Counted from the first letter of the stretch, positions 9,501 to 18,851 are shown. The stretch is 64,000 bases of DNA from Candidatus Krumholzibacteriia bacterium (GCA_041484665.1 JBGPIA010000001.1:96001-160000), one strand, 5' to 3'. Numbers and translations are program-made. The notes: generated from the sequence alone by a model not told the origin.

Positions 9501-10728
9501 GGCCCGTACGGCTGGAACGGAGCTCCTCCAGCCGGAGGCCGGGAGCTGCGCCGGCCCGCGGCGCGATCCACTCCCAGCACAGGCTATCTGGGAAGGCCGG
9601 TGGCGCGTCGCCGACCACCACCAGGAGCTCGTGCTGGGCGCTGCCGGTCCGCCCGCGTTGGGCGCGCCACCGCGCCCACTCCGCCGCGTCGGGCCGCGGG
9701 GGCAGGCGCGCGCGGTCGACCCTGCGCAGGTCGATGGCCGGCCAGGCCTCCACGGCCGTTGCCCAGGGGGAGCCGGCTGCGGACACGAGCCAGACCAGAG
9801 GCGGCGCAGGCAACTCCAGCACCTGACGCTCGGCAGACGATTGCGTGAGCGGCGCAGCTCCCGGCAGAACGTGCGGTAGCGGGCCGTGCCGCGTGGCGCG
9901 GGACTCGAGCTCGACGGTGATCCGTCGTCGCGCACGGCGCCCGGGGTCCGCACCCGGCTCCGGCGGGCTGGGCGGCGTCGGCACGAGCGCCGGATCGATC
10001 TCGACTGCGCCGCGCCCCTGCGCATCGAGCGGGATCTCCTGCGAGGCACCGGCGGTCTCGGCCACGACGCTCGTGGTGGGGCCGGCACCCTCGACCGCCA
10101 CGCAGAGTCGACCGGCCAGGTCGAGATGCGCGAGCGACAATCGCGGGCCGGCCTCGCCGCCGGGCGCAGCGAGCCGGTGCGCTCGCCAGCGGCCCCGCGT
10201 TGCAGGCGGCTCTCGCCAGCAGAACACCTCCACTGCGCGCAGGGGATCGGGGGCGAGCGCGCACAGGAGCTCGCCCAGCGTCGGCCCGGCGGGGTCCACG
10301 GAGCTCTCCCGCGCCGAGGCCAGGTCCGGGAACGGACCGGTGGGCGACCGGCCCGCGCAGTAGATCTCCACCCCCGCCGCAGCGGCCGCCAACGCGGCGA
10401 TGGTCTCCTCCACGGGGCGGCGCGTCGCGTCAGGGGCCTCCAGCGTACCGGCGTCCAACAGCACCACCGCGCGCGACGGCAAGGCGGGCGAAGGGCGCAG
10501 CGGCGCCGCGAGCGCGCCGATCCAAAGCACCCCTGCTACCAGCGTCAGCCACGCCCGCGGATCGCGCCAATGGATGCGGCGGCGCGCCGGTGCGCGCCCG
10601 GGCTCGTCGGCGAACAGCCAGACGGGAGCGAATCGCTGCCGCAGCGCGCCGCCCCGTCGCAGCAGCAAGGCCACGACCAAGAGGAGTGGCACGAGCAACA
10701 ACAAGGAGACTGGACGCAACAAGCTCAT
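6544..10728 (-). CDS. Large membrane-anchored VWA-domain protein (BatA-like N-terminus, several VWA domains)
   Basis: N-terminal hydrophobic helix; VWA starts VLLDAGT, LIVDASPS..VSDG and FLLDVSGSM..GGT..LSDG; C-terminal TM; lies downstream of MoxR/DUF58. Confidence 0.75.
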   Translation of the reverse strand: MSLLRPVSLLLLVPLLLVVALLLRRGGALRQRFAPVWLFADEPGRAPARRRIHWRDPRAWLTLVAGVLWIGALAAPLRPSPALPSRAVVLLDAGTLEAPDATRRPVEETIAALAAAAAGVEIYCAGRSPTGPFPDLASARESSVDPAGPTLGELLCALAPDPLRAVEVFCWREPPATRGRWRAHRLAAPGGEAGPRLSLAHLDLAGRLCVAVEGAGPTTSVVAETAGASQEIPLDAQGRGAVEIDPALVPTPPSPPEPGADPGRRARRRITVELESRATRHGPLPHVLPGAAPLTQSSAERQVLELPAPPLVWLVSAAGSPWATAVEAWPAIDLRRVDRARLPPRPDAAEWARWRAQRGRTGSAQHELLVVVGDAPPAFPDSLCWEWIAPRAGAAPGLRLEELRSSRTGPQLDDGSGALEFAGPAAGLDLAGVSRACGVLDLGVQWAAMAGGRILLWESRAAVVNLPDPAAPDGSLGPALAALRVARALLPAQDVCAGPGLSSPRFNWPAALTRPGELPAAGSEPVSPGALAAAATGGRTGGAGTDLALSPWLAAAAWLVSAAALALARWPRRRRAGLGIALLALLALALRPSAGDCVLIVDASPSCRALAPAAAAAALREFLGAAGPGQRLAVAALDGEDGRWLLPPTPRRAWPFTPVELERWLQAGLRDLPTPPHTRLAAPLRRLMGATRLRAPRVLLVSDGRFEDTPQALAASLPVGECSIAAAPAGRSGDASVTQLRVEQQAAGAGRTLTLALDPGDAERRLAVTLDGRVLLDRDLAALVRDGVAQRDPQANGALVRLALPLPPLATGAHTITAELQPEAAGPRDVWPQDDILAYGWSTGPLPTVRWTAASGERTTSLPQPPAGGRPDVWVLDACPESLVAALQVQVLRAMDLGTGLLLLAGPGDWLQRGESGRLALEERLPVRLQVREERDPSRGDWVFLLDVSGSMATLEDGVSQLDRALLALSGALRAAEASERVGLVAFADRVLRTLPPQPRRTLTQVQEALRGVHASGGTVLRPALQEAAGLLQAAAAGDGSAGVAAKPPRARRIVVLSDGVTGDESLQSWLDAVGDLPVTAIEVGTRGTPALRELAARTGGRHLVLRRFQELGEVLARTVDSAPRDRFVAAPQPARAELAAWSALLPAGAVRYVALTPQLAQVAWSAGLQRDPLLALGSFGPGRMAVLASTAGPPWNPEDARWPAAVAQLLAWLTRQEQPRVRWEGGSAPRLRVESSTPPWSLVPANEPGLTTAGGLADGHASGLALVDALGDTVALEAVVPGVLRPVGPSLADPVRVIDSTGATGLDVAFADDPAAELRARGVDAVRLAALSAAGWGHAGAAQPAEGSLASRDPTRGTPLLAAALLWLLAGLAISRDAGSRHAPGSVPARARS

Positions 10729-10765
10729 GGATCTCGCCGCAGGATCGTAGACGCGCACCGAGCGC

Positions 10766-11629
10766 TCAGGAGGTCACGACGAGGCCTGCGGCGCGCAGTG
10801 GGCCCATCAGCGCCGCCTCCCAGGATTGCGCGGCGTCCACGTCCACCACGCGCACGCCCGCCGCACGCAACGCCGCCGTACGCCGAGTCCGGTGGTGGAG
10901 CAAGCGCGCGCGTGCCGCGGCGACGGTCGGCGGGTCGAGGACCGTTTGCCGGCGCCCACGCCCCTCCGCGTCGAGCAACTCCACGGCCTCCCCCGTCGCC
11001 ACCAGCGGGTCGTCGGGATGGGTGAGCACGATCACCCAGCCCGGCGAGGGGCCCGCCAGCGCTGCGACCCAGCCCCCGGCGGGAGCGTCATCGAGGAAGT
11101 CGGTCAGCACGACACTCACCCCGCGTGGCGCGCCGCGCAGCAGCGACGCGAGCGCTGCGGCCGGTGCGCGACCGCCGCAGGCGAGCCCGCGCAGCCTTGC
11201 TGCAAGCATGGCGCTGCTGCTGCGGCCATGGGCCACCGTCACGAGCGTTCGAGGCGGGTCGGCCAGCGCCGAGAGGCGCACGTCCTCCAGCCCGGCCAGG
11301 CCGATCGCCGCGAGCGCGGTGGCGATCTCGCGCGCGCGGTCGTAGCGCTCTGGAAAGGCTGCGCCCATGGACCCGCTCGTATCCAGGATCAGGTGCAGGC
11401 GCTGCTCGCGATCGCGGCGGTAGGTGCGGACGACCGGGCGATCCAGTCGCGCCCACGCGCGGTGATCGATGCGCCTTGGATCGTCGCCGAGAGCGTAAGG
11501 GCGGTGCCCGGCCAGCGTCTGCCCCTGGCCGGTGAGCGCCGTCGAGACGCTGCCGGGACGTTCGCCGAGGGCGAGCTTCTCGGAGGCCAGCGCCAGCCGG
11601 TCGAGCAGCGGCCCTCCCACCTCACGCAT
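10766..11629 (-). CDS. DUF58 domain protein (MoxR partner)
   Basis: HRPYALGDDPRRIDHRAWAR, LILDTSGSM, VVLTDFL; start overlaps the moxR stop. Confidence 0.85.
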   Translation of the reverse strand: MREVGGPLLDRLALASEKLALGERPGSVSTALTGQGQTLAGHRPYALGDDPRRIDHRAWARLDRPVVRTYRRDREQRLHLILDTSGSMGAAFPERYDRAREIATALAAIGLAGLEDVRLSALADPPRTLVTVAHGRSSSAMLAARLRGLACGGRAPAAALASLLRGAPRGVSVVLTDFLDDAPAGGWVAALAGPSPGWVIVLTHPDDPLVATGEAVELLDAEGRGRRQTVLDPPTVAAARARLLHHRTRRTAALRAAGVRVVDVDAAQSWEAALMGPLRAAGLVVTS

Positions 11630-12644
11630 CGGCTTGGACCTCGGACAACAGCCGCACGATCGCCTGCTCGATGGTGTCGCCCTCGGCCTCGCGCTCGTAG
11701 CGCAGCCGCAGCCTGTGTCGCAGCGCCGCAGGCGCGGCGGCCCGCACGTCCTCGAAGGCGATGTGCTCGCGGCCCGCGGCGAGCGCACGCACGCGCCCGC
11801 AGCGCAGCAGCGCCAGCATCGCGCGCGGCCCGGCGCCCTGGCGCAGCCCCCCGGCCACGCCGCGCGCTGCGCTCTGCGGGTGAGTGGCAAGCACCAGCCG
11901 CGCCGCGTAGCGCGCGACCGCGTCGGCGACGGGAACCTGCGCGGCCGCGGCAATCGCCTGCACCGTGCCCGCGGGCTCGAGCACGGCGCTCGGCAGCGCT
12001 GCTGTGCCCGCACCGTGCCGGCGGAAGATGTCCACCAGCGCGGCCTCGCCCGGGGACTCGATGCGCGCCTGTAACAGGAAGCGGTCCAGCTGCGCCTCGG
12101 GCAGCGGGTAGGTGCCTTCCAGGTCGAGGGGATTCTGCGTGGCCACGACGAAGAAGGGGCGCGGCAGCGCGAAGGTCGCGCGGCCGATGGTAACCGTCCC
12201 CTCCTCCATGGCCTCCAGCAGCCCCGCTTGCGTGCGCGGGGTGGCGCGATTGATCTCATCGGCCAGGATCACGTTGGCAAAGACGGGCCCTTGGTGGACG
12301 TCGAAGCGCACGCTCCCGTCGGCGCCGCGCGCGAGCACCTCGCTTCCGGTGATGTCGGTGGGCATCAGATCCGGCGTGAACTGCACGCGCGAGAATCGGC
12401 CGCCCAACAACGATCCGAGCGTACGCACCAACAGCGTCTTGCCCAGACCGGGCACGCCCTCGATCAGGATGTGCCCGCCGCCGAGCAAAGCCCACAGCAC
12501 CTCGTCGATGAGCGGCTCCTGCGAGACGATGATCTGCGCGAGCCCGCTGCGCAGCGCCGCGTGGGCCCGGGCGAACGTGTCGAGGGCCGCGTCGGACGCC
12601 GCCTTGGAGCGTAGGTTGCTGGTAGGCCCGCTGGATTGGGTCAT
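11622..12644 (-). CDS. moxR: MoxR-family AAA+ ATPase
   Basis: GHILIEGVPGLGKT, RVQFTPDLMPTD, LADEINRATPRTQAGLLEAM, ATQNP..EGTYPLPEAQLDRF. Confidence 0.95.
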   Translation of the reverse strand: MTQSSGPTSNLRSKAASDAALDTFARAHAALRSGLAQIIVSQEPLIDEVLWALLGGGHILIEGVPGLGKTLLVRTLGSLLGGRFSRVQFTPDLMPTDITGSEVLARGADGSVRFDVHQGPVFANVILADEINRATPRTQAGLLEAMEEGTVTIGRATFALPRPFFVVATQNPLDLEGTYPLPEAQLDRFLLQARIESPGEAALVDIFRRHGAGTAALPSAVLEPAGTVQAIAAAAQVPVADAVARYAARLVLATHPQSAARGVAGGLRQGAGPRAMLALLRCGRVRALAAGREHIAFEDVRAAAPAALRHRLRLRYEREAEGDTIEQAIVRLLSEVQADA

Positions 12645-13963
12645 GGCTTGCCTCCAGGCGAGGTGGTGTCGGCTTGCGCTTGAGAGTTCCGCGGCTGTGG
12701 ACTGTCGGGCGCGCCCCGCGCGGCGCGCAGCGCGCGCAACGCGTGCTCCGCGCGGAGCAGGTAGTCGCGCTCCAGGCGCGAGAACGCGCGCCCCTGGCCG
12801 TCCCTCAGGAGGAGCGTGCGGTCCGCGCGCGCAGCGTCACCGGAGGGCGCGCCGGCCAAAGGCCCTGGCCGCGCGCGCGCGATCAGGTCAGGCGCCAAGG
12901 CGGGGGTGGAGCGCGAGCGGTCGCCGCCAGGCACGAGCGCCCGATCCAGAGTCGGCGCCTGCGGCAGCGTCAGCGCCCGTCCGTCCGGAGCCCGCGCTGG
13001 AGCGCGGCCCGTGCCTTCTCCCTGCGGCGAACCCTCGGGCGCCTGCGCACCGGCCGGCGTTCGTGTCCGCACGGTCATGCCCAAGGCCTCCGCGCGTTGC
13101 GCGCCGTCGCGCAGCAGCGCAGAGGCGTCGACGGCGAGCGTCTCGCCGGGCGCGTGACCACTGCGCTGCGACGCGCCGGCGCGCTGGGCGGACGGCAGCT
13201 GCGCACCCGGCGGCGCGGGCAGGATCTGCGGCACGGTCAGGGTCGCTTTGGGCGGTGACGCGGGCGCTGGTTGCGGGCGCTGCGCCGTGTGGCTGGATCC
13301 CGCCGCGCGCGTCAGCTGCGCCGCGGAGGTGTCGACCGCAGCGGGGGCCACACGCCACCCGGCCGCGGACTGGGCGCGGGAGCCAGCGCGCGGCGCCGGG
13401 ACCATCGCAAGACCTACCGCGCCGGCCAGCACGAGCGCGCAGGCAGGATGCAGTCGCGCTGGTAGCGGCCCAGGGACCGCAGCGCCGGTGCGGCGCGCCA
13501 GCCGCGTCCGGAACGGCTCCTGCGGCGCCCGCAGGAAGCTGCGCCAGATCAGATCGGCACCGTCGAGCCCGGCACCAGCGGAAGCAGGCGCTGCGAAGGA
13601 CCGCCGCGCGTCGCGGGCGCCGGTGTGGCGGTCGAGCCATCGCGCCGCGGACTCCAGCCGAGGTCCCGGTCCGCTGGCCAGCCCCGCCAGCGCGCACGCG
13701 CCAAGCGCGCCCTGGAGCAGACAGGCGCCGATCGTGACGCCCCAGCGCCACGCGACGACCCCCAGCAGCGCTCCGGCCGCTATCAGCGCCACAGAGTGGG
13801 CGCGGCGGCGCTGTCGGAGTCGCCCGAGCACCTCGGCGAGCCGCTGCCGAGCGACCGCCAGCTCTGCGGACTCCGCGGCCGACCCCGCAGTCGAATCCGC
13901 GGCCGACCGCTGCGCCGGCGCTGCACGGGCGGGTCCGCGCTGCGCGCCACGGTCAGAACCCAC
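12641..13963 (-). CDS. Hypothetical membrane protein (MoxR-operon associated, Pro/Ala-rich C-terminal region)
   Basis: GGAGG 7 nt before GTG 13963; two N-terminal TM helices then AARWLDR; ATGA overlap with moxR. Confidence 0.6.
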   Translation of the reverse strand: MGSDRGAQRGPARAAPAQRSAADSTAGSAAESAELAVARQRLAEVLGRLRQRRRAHSVALIAAGALLGVVAWRWGVTIGACLLQGALGACALAGLASGPGPRLESAARWLDRHTGARDARRSFAAPASAGAGLDGADLIWRSFLRAPQEPFRTRLARRTGAAVPGPLPARLHPACALVLAGAVGLAMVPAPRAGSRAQSAAGWRVAPAAVDTSAAQLTRAAGSSHTAQRPQPAPASPPKATLTVPQILPAPPGAQLPSAQRAGASQRSGHAPGETLAVDASALLRDGAQRAEALGMTVRTRTPAGAQAPEGSPQGEGTGRAPARAPDGRALTLPQAPTLDRALVPGGDRSRSTPALAPDLIARARPGPLAGAPSGDAARADRTLLLRDGQGRAFSRLERDYLLRAEHALRALRAARGAPDSPQPRNSQAQADTTSPGGKP

Positions 13964-14813
13964 GATCGACCTCCACCAGCCAGCGCGAGCGCGCGGCGGC
14001 ACCCGTCGCGCCCGCGAGCGCCACGCCCCACAGCGCGACGGCGATGAGGGCCCAGGCCGTGACAGCTGCGAGCGCGACGGGCGGGACGAGCGCCCTCGGC
14101 GCCGAGGGGCCCTCGGCCCACGCCGGGCGTAGCGCGCCCAGCGGTGTGGCGCGTGCCAGCGCGCGGCACAGCCAGCTCGCGAGGTCGGTGGGCCACACCA
14201 GTTGGGTGCCACGCACCGCGAGCAGGGCGCACGGTAACGTGAGCAGCGCCACCATCAAGATCCCCATCGCAGGACGCTCGCGGCCGGGGCCCTCGGTCCA
14301 CGCGCCGAGCACCCCGCAGGCTACGGCCGCGGCGCCGTACAGCACCCCCATCACCACCAGCGCCCCCGATTCGGCGGGCACCCACCCCCCCAACCCGATC
14401 AGCAGGAAGGGGAGGAGCCACCATGACGCGGTGAGCTCCCCGAGCTGCGCCCCGGCACGCCGCCCCACCAACAGCACCACGTGCCGGCGCCCGGCTCCGC
14501 GCAGCAGGGCCTCCTGCACGAGACCCGACGCCGCCAGCGCGCGCCAACTTCCGCGCCCCATCACGGGGCCGAGCAGCCCAAGTGCGAGCAGCCAGAGCCC
14601 CGCGGCCACGGCCCCGGCGTGGCGTGCCTCCAGCAGCTCACCGCGCCCCGACGCCTCAATGACCCCCGCGAGGGCGACCAGCGGCACGATGGCGAGCCCC
14701 GTGTGGGTCAGGAGCGCCCCGGCGGCAGCAGCGCGGCTCCTTCCCCGCCCGTGCACGACGCGAACCGCCTGACCGCCGGCGTCTGCACCCATCCTTTCCA
14801 CTGCACGACTCAC
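13953..14813 (-). CDS. Multi-pass membrane protein, ABC-2 permease-like
   Basis: About 6 hydrophobic segments; GTGA overlap with the upstream ABC ATPase-like gene. Confidence 0.6.
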   Translation of the reverse strand: MSRAVERMGADAGGQAVRVVHGRGRSRAAAAGALLTHTGLAIVPLVALAGVIEASGRGELLEARHAGAVAAGLWLLALGLLGPVMGRGSWRALAASGLVQEALLRGAGRRHVVLLVGRRAGAQLGELTASWWLLPFLLIGLGGWVPAESGALVVMGVLYGAAAVACGVLGAWTEGPGRERPAMGILMVALLTLPCALLAVRGTQLVWPTDLASWLCRALARATPLGALRPAWAEGPSAPRALVPPVALAAVTAWALIAVALWGVALAGATGAAARSRWLVEVDRGF

Positions 14814-15664
14814 AGTGTCTCTTCTCCGTCCTGCAGCCAGACGCTCGCCGGGGGCGGCGTGCTCGCCAGCAGCCAGCGTGCGGCCTCGCGTGCCTGCTCG
14901 GCTGACGAGAATGGGCCCAGCCGGCAGGCACCGCCGCGCAGGCCGACCCGCCAGCGTCCGGCCAGTCCGCGCGCGGATGCTTCGCGCTGCAACGTGGCCA
15001 CCGACCCGCAGAAGCGCGCCCAGACCCACGGGCTGCGTCCGTTGGCAGGCGGGACACAACGATCGGCCAGCATGGCGGCCTCGGCGCTGCCATCGCAGAG
15101 CACGATCGCCACGCCGTCGGCGGCGGCCTGCGCCAGGGCCGCTGCCAAGATCGTGCGATCGTCGGCCTCCAGCCCATCCAGCGGGTGAGCGGCCAAGAGC
15201 ACCGCGGGGCGGTGCAACAGGGCGACGGCCAGACGTACGCCGTGCCGCATCCGCGCCGGCAGAGCGCCCATCGGCGTGCGCGGCCAGGGCTCTGGCAGCC
15301 AGAGCTCGAAGCGGCTGCGGGCTTGCGCCAGGGCGTCGGGCGGCGTCCGTCGCCAGCGCGCGACGCGCCGCAGGATCTGCTCGGGCGTCTCCTCCCGCTC
15401 GTAGCCGCCCTCCTGCGGTAGGAATGCCAGCGCGCGGCGCGCCGCGTCCAGGGCGGTGGCAGTGTCGTGTCCTGCGACCATCAGGCGGCCCGCCAGCGGC
15501 GCGTCCAGGGTGCAAAGCACGTGGAGCAGCGCACTCGGGAACTCTGCGCCCGGCATGCGCAGGCAGACGATCTCGCCGGCAGCCACGGCCAGGTCCACCG
15601 GCCCGCGTTCGCCTGCGGGGGTCCGGTAGCGCACACCGGCCGCCGCAAGCTGCGCCTCGCCCAT
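14810..15664 (-). CDS. ABC transporter ATP-binding-like protein with degenerate motifs
   Basis: VDLAVAAGEIV, FLPQE Q-loop, ALLHRPAVLL..HPLDGLE; Walker A and B are not canonical; start chosen after GGAGAGG. Confidence 0.7.
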   Translation of the reverse strand: MGEAQLAAAGVRYRTPAGERGPVDLAVAAGEIVCLRMPGAEFPSALLHVLCTLDAPLAGRLMVAGHDTATALDAARRALAFLPQEGGYEREETPEQILRRVARWRRTPPDALAQARSRFELWLPEPWPRTPMGALPARMRHGVRLAVALLHRPAVLLAAHPLDGLEADDRTILAAALAQAAADGVAIVLCDGSAEAAMLADRCVPPANGRSPWVWARFCGSVATLQREASARGLAGRWRVGLRGGACRLGPFSSAEQAREAARWLLASTPPPASVWLQDGEETL

Positions 15665-15777
15665 CGGCCTCTCCGGCATTAGTTTAGCACCTCGTCGGGG
15701 CCGGCCGGTCCAGAGCGGCACGGGCATGGCGGCAGGCCGCAGGGGCCGGCTTGGAGCGGCAGCGAAAGGCGGACACG

Positions 15778-16641
15778 ATGATGCTCGGCTTCTGCAGCAA
15801 CGCGTATACGCGCCACAGCCTCGAGGAGGCGATCGACCGCGTCGCGCGCGCGGGCTACGCCGGGATCGAGCTGTTGTGCGATACGCCCCACTACTGGCCG
15901 CCCGATGAACCCCCCGACCGGGCGCGCCGTCTGGCCGAGCGGCTGCGCCACGCCGGCATCGCCGCCTCCAATATCAACGCGAATACAGCGATTGGCGCGT
16001 ACGGCGCCGCCATCCCCGAGAACGTGTTCGGCCCCTCGCTGGCCAGCCCCGACCCGCAGGTGCGCGCGTTCCGCCTGGACCATGTGCGAGCGGCGATCGA
16101 CCTGGCCGTCGCCGTCGGCGCCCCCTGCGTTTGCGTCAGCAGCGGCTGCACGGAGTCGGACCATCCACCCGAGGCCGCCCTCGACGTGTTGCGGCGGTCC
16201 CTGGAGGAGTTGCTCGCGTACGCGCAGCCTCGGGGCATCCGCATCGGCGTCGAGTCCGAGCCTGGCCTGCTGCTGGAGCGCAGCGACGAGGTGGCCGCGC
16301 TGATCGCGAAAGTGGGGCATCCGCTCCTCGGTTTCAATCTCGATGTCGGACACGCGGTCGTGATGGAGGAGGACCCAGCGGCAGTGATCGCCGACCACGG
16401 CGCGCGCATCTGGCACCTCCATCTGGAGGACATCGCAGGTGGCAAACACTACCACCGGACCCCCGGTGAGGGGGATGTGGACTTTGCTGCGATCGCGCGC
16501 GCGCTGCGCGCGGCGCGCTTTGGCGGGTACGCATCCGTAGAGCTCTACGCCCACAAGGCCGATCCTGACGCGGCGGCGCGCGGGGCGCTGGCCCACCTCG
16601 CACCATTGTTCGCGCCGCCCGCGCCCGATCGGGCGCGTTGA
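15778..16641 (+). CDS. Sugar phosphate isomerase/epimerase (xylose-isomerase-like TIM barrel)
   Basis: AGYAGIEL, IGVESEPG, NLDVGHA, HLHLED, HYHRTPGEGDVDF, SVELY metal-binding motifs. Confidence 0.85.
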   Translation: MMLGFCSNAYTRHSLEEAIDRVARAGYAGIELLCDTPHYWPPDEPPDRARRLAERLRHAGIAASNINANTAIGAYGAAIPENVFGPSLASPDPQVRAFRLDHVRAAIDLAVAVGAPCVCVSSGCTESDHPPEAALDVLRRSLEELLAYAQPRGIRIGVESEPGLLLERSDEVAALIAKVGHPLLGFNLDVGHAVVMEEDPAAVIADHGARIWHLHLEDIAGGKHYHRTPGEGDVDFAAIARALRAARFGGYASVELYAHKADPDAAARGALAHLAPLFAPPAPDRAR

Positions 16642-16776
16642 CCGCAGCTCGGGCGGCCCCTATCCTGGCAGTTCAGCGCAGGCGCGCCGCCGGGCTGCGC
16701 CACGCGCGGCGTCACGGTCGCGCAGCAGCGCGCACCCCCGCCGCGCTCGAGTGTGCCCCCAGCAGAGGGAGCGAGC

Positions 16777-17841
16777 ATGCGCGTCCTCATTACCGGCTTC
16801 ACCGGTTTCGTCGGCAGCCACCTGGCGGACCACCTGCTCACGCGCCCCGGTGTGGAGGTCTTCGGCCTCTACCGATGGCGCAGTCGTTTCGAGAACGTGG
16901 AGCACCTGCGCGGCAAGGTGACCTTCCTCGAAGGCGACATCGCAGACGCGGCCGCCATGCGCCATGTGCTGGAGATCGCGCGCCCGGACTGGATCTTCCA
17001 CCTCGCCGCCCAATCGTTCGTGCCCACCAGCTGGACCAGCCCGGGTGAGACCCTCGACGTCAATATCCAGGGACAGCTCAACGTGTTCGAGGCGGTGCGG
17101 GCGCTGGGCCTAGATCCGCGCATCCAAATCGCGTGCAGCAGCGAGGAGTACGGTCTGGTGCTGCCCGAGGAGGTCCCGATCAAGGAGGAGAACCCGCTGC
17201 GACCGCTGTCGCCGTACGCGGTGAGCAAGGTTGCCCAGGACATGCTCGCCTACCAGTACCACCGCAGCTACGGAATCGACGTGGTGCGCACGCGCGGCTT
17301 CAACCACACGGGCCCGCGCCGCGGCTCGGTGTTCGTTTGCAGCAACTTCGCATTCCAGGTAGCGCAGATCGCGGCCGGGCTGCGCGAGCCGGTGATCTAC
17401 GTGGGGAATCTGGAGGCCAGCCGAGACTTCACCGACGTGCGCGACATGGTGCGTGGATACGTGCTGGCGCTGGAGCGCGGCACCAAGGGTGAGGTGTACA
17501 ACATTTGCAGTGGGCGCAGCTGGAAGATCTCCGCCATGCTGGACATGCTCGTGGAGCTCGGGAAGATCAAGGTCAGAATCCAGCCCGACCCAAGCCGCAT
17601 GCGCCCCAGCGATGTGGAGACCCTGCAGGGGGATCCGAGCCGATTCATGGCGGCCACCGGCTGGAAGCCCACGATCGAGTTCCGCCAGACGTTGACCGAC
17701 CTGCTCGAGCACTGGCGCGACGTGCTGCGACGCTCGCCCCGGGGTTTACATGACCCCCAGGACGTCATGCGCCCGGCGGGTGTCACCGCCGGCACGACTG
17801 GCGGCACGGCCGGCGGCGGGCGCGCGCGCGGCGGCCGGTAG
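16777..17841 (+). CDS. GDP-sugar dehydratase/reductase (Gmd/Rmd-like extended SDR)
   Basis: LITGFTGFVGSHL, HLAAQSFV, SSEEYG, SPYAVSK, FNHTGPRR, GNLEASRDFTDVRD. Confidence 0.9.
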   Translation: MRVLITGFTGFVGSHLADHLLTRPGVEVFGLYRWRSRFENVEHLRGKVTFLEGDIADAAAMRHVLEIARPDWIFHLAAQSFVPTSWTSPGETLDVNIQGQLNVFEAVRALGLDPRIQIACSSEEYGLVLPEEVPIKEENPLRPLSPYAVSKVAQDMLAYQYHRSYGIDVVRTRGFNHTGPRRGSVFVCSNFAFQVAQIAAGLREPVIYVGNLEASRDFTDVRDMVRGYVLALERGTKGEVYNICSGRSWKISAMLDMLVELGKIKVRIQPDPSRMRPSDVETLQGDPSRFMAATGWKPTIEFRQTLTDLLEHWRDVLRRSPRGLHDPQDVMRPAGVTAGTTGGTAGGGRARGGR

Positions 17842-17846
17842 CGCGC

Positions 17847-18851
17847 GTGGCCGGCGTGGGCGACTCGCCCTTGAGGACCGCGTGGGTCACGGGCTGCTTC
17901 GGCTTCGCGGGGCGCCACCTCACCGCAGAGCTGAATCGGCGCGGGACGCGCGTGATCGCCATCGACCGCCCCGGCAAGGAGCCGCCCGCCTGGCTCGCGC
18001 AGGCGCAGGCCGAGCCCCTGGAGCTCGATCTGCTCGACGCGCAGGCCGTCGTTGCGCAGCTGCATCGCTCTGCGCCCTCCCAGGTCTATCATCTGGCCGC
18101 CCTCAGCAGCGCCGCGGAGTCGTTCCAGTCACCTGGGGCGACCCTGCGCGTCAACGTGGAAGGAACCGCCGGATTGCTGGAGGGCCTGCGCGCCCATGCG
18201 CTCAGCAGCCCCCCACCACGGCTGCTGGCCGTGGGCAGCTGTGAGGAGTACGGTACCCCCGACGACCTTGGCGAGCGCCCGATCGCCGAGGACCATCCCC
18301 TGCGCCCTGCCAGTCCCTACGCGGTCAGCAAGGCGGCGCAGACCTTGCTGTGCCTGCAGTACCATCGGGCCTACGGGCTCCCGGTGGTGTGCACGCGCAG
18401 CTTCACCCACACCGGGCCCGGGCAGAGCGACCGGTTCGTCTTCTCCAGTTTCGCCCGCCAGGTGGCGGAGCTGGAAGTGCAGCCGCCCCAGGCGGGCGGG
18501 CGCATCCGGGTGGGCAACCTGGAGGCGGTGCGCGACGTGAGCGACGTACGGGACGTGGTGCGCGCCTACGTCGAGCTGCTCGACTTGGCCGAGGCGGGCA
18601 CGGTGGTCAACGTGTGCTCGGGGCGCGGGCTGCGCATCCGCGAGGGGCTGGAGCTACTCCTGCGACGGGCGGCCCGGCCGATCCCGGTGGAGATGGACCC
18701 GACCCGGCTGCGCCCGCTGGATGTTCCTGTGTTCGTCGGCAACGCGGCGCGGCTGCGGTCGATCTTGGGGTGGATCCCGCAGATACCGATCGAACGGACC
18801 CTGGACGATCTGCTGGCCAGCTGGCGCCAGCAGCTGCGGGCGGGCTCCTAG
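17847..18851 (+). CDS. Second GDP-sugar SDR (Rmd-like), paralogue of the upstream gene
   Basis: VTGCFGFAG, HLAALSS, GSCEEYG, SPYAVSK, HTGPGQ, GNLEAVRDVSDVRD. Confidence 0.85.
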   Translation: MAGVGDSPLRTAWVTGCFGFAGRHLTAELNRRGTRVIAIDRPGKEPPAWLAQAQAEPLELDLLDAQAVVAQLHRSAPSQVYHLAALSSAAESFQSPGATLRVNVEGTAGLLEGLRAHALSSPPPRLLAVGSCEEYGTPDDLGERPIAEDHPLRPASPYAVSKAAQTLLCLQYHRAYGLPVVCTRSFTHTGPGQSDRFVFSSFARQVAELEVQPPQAGGRIRVGNLEAVRDVSDVRDVVRAYVELLDLAEAGTVVNVCSGRGLRIREGLELLLRRAARPIPVEMDPTRLRPLDVPVFVGNAARLRSILGWIPQIPIERTLDDLLASWRQQLRAGS

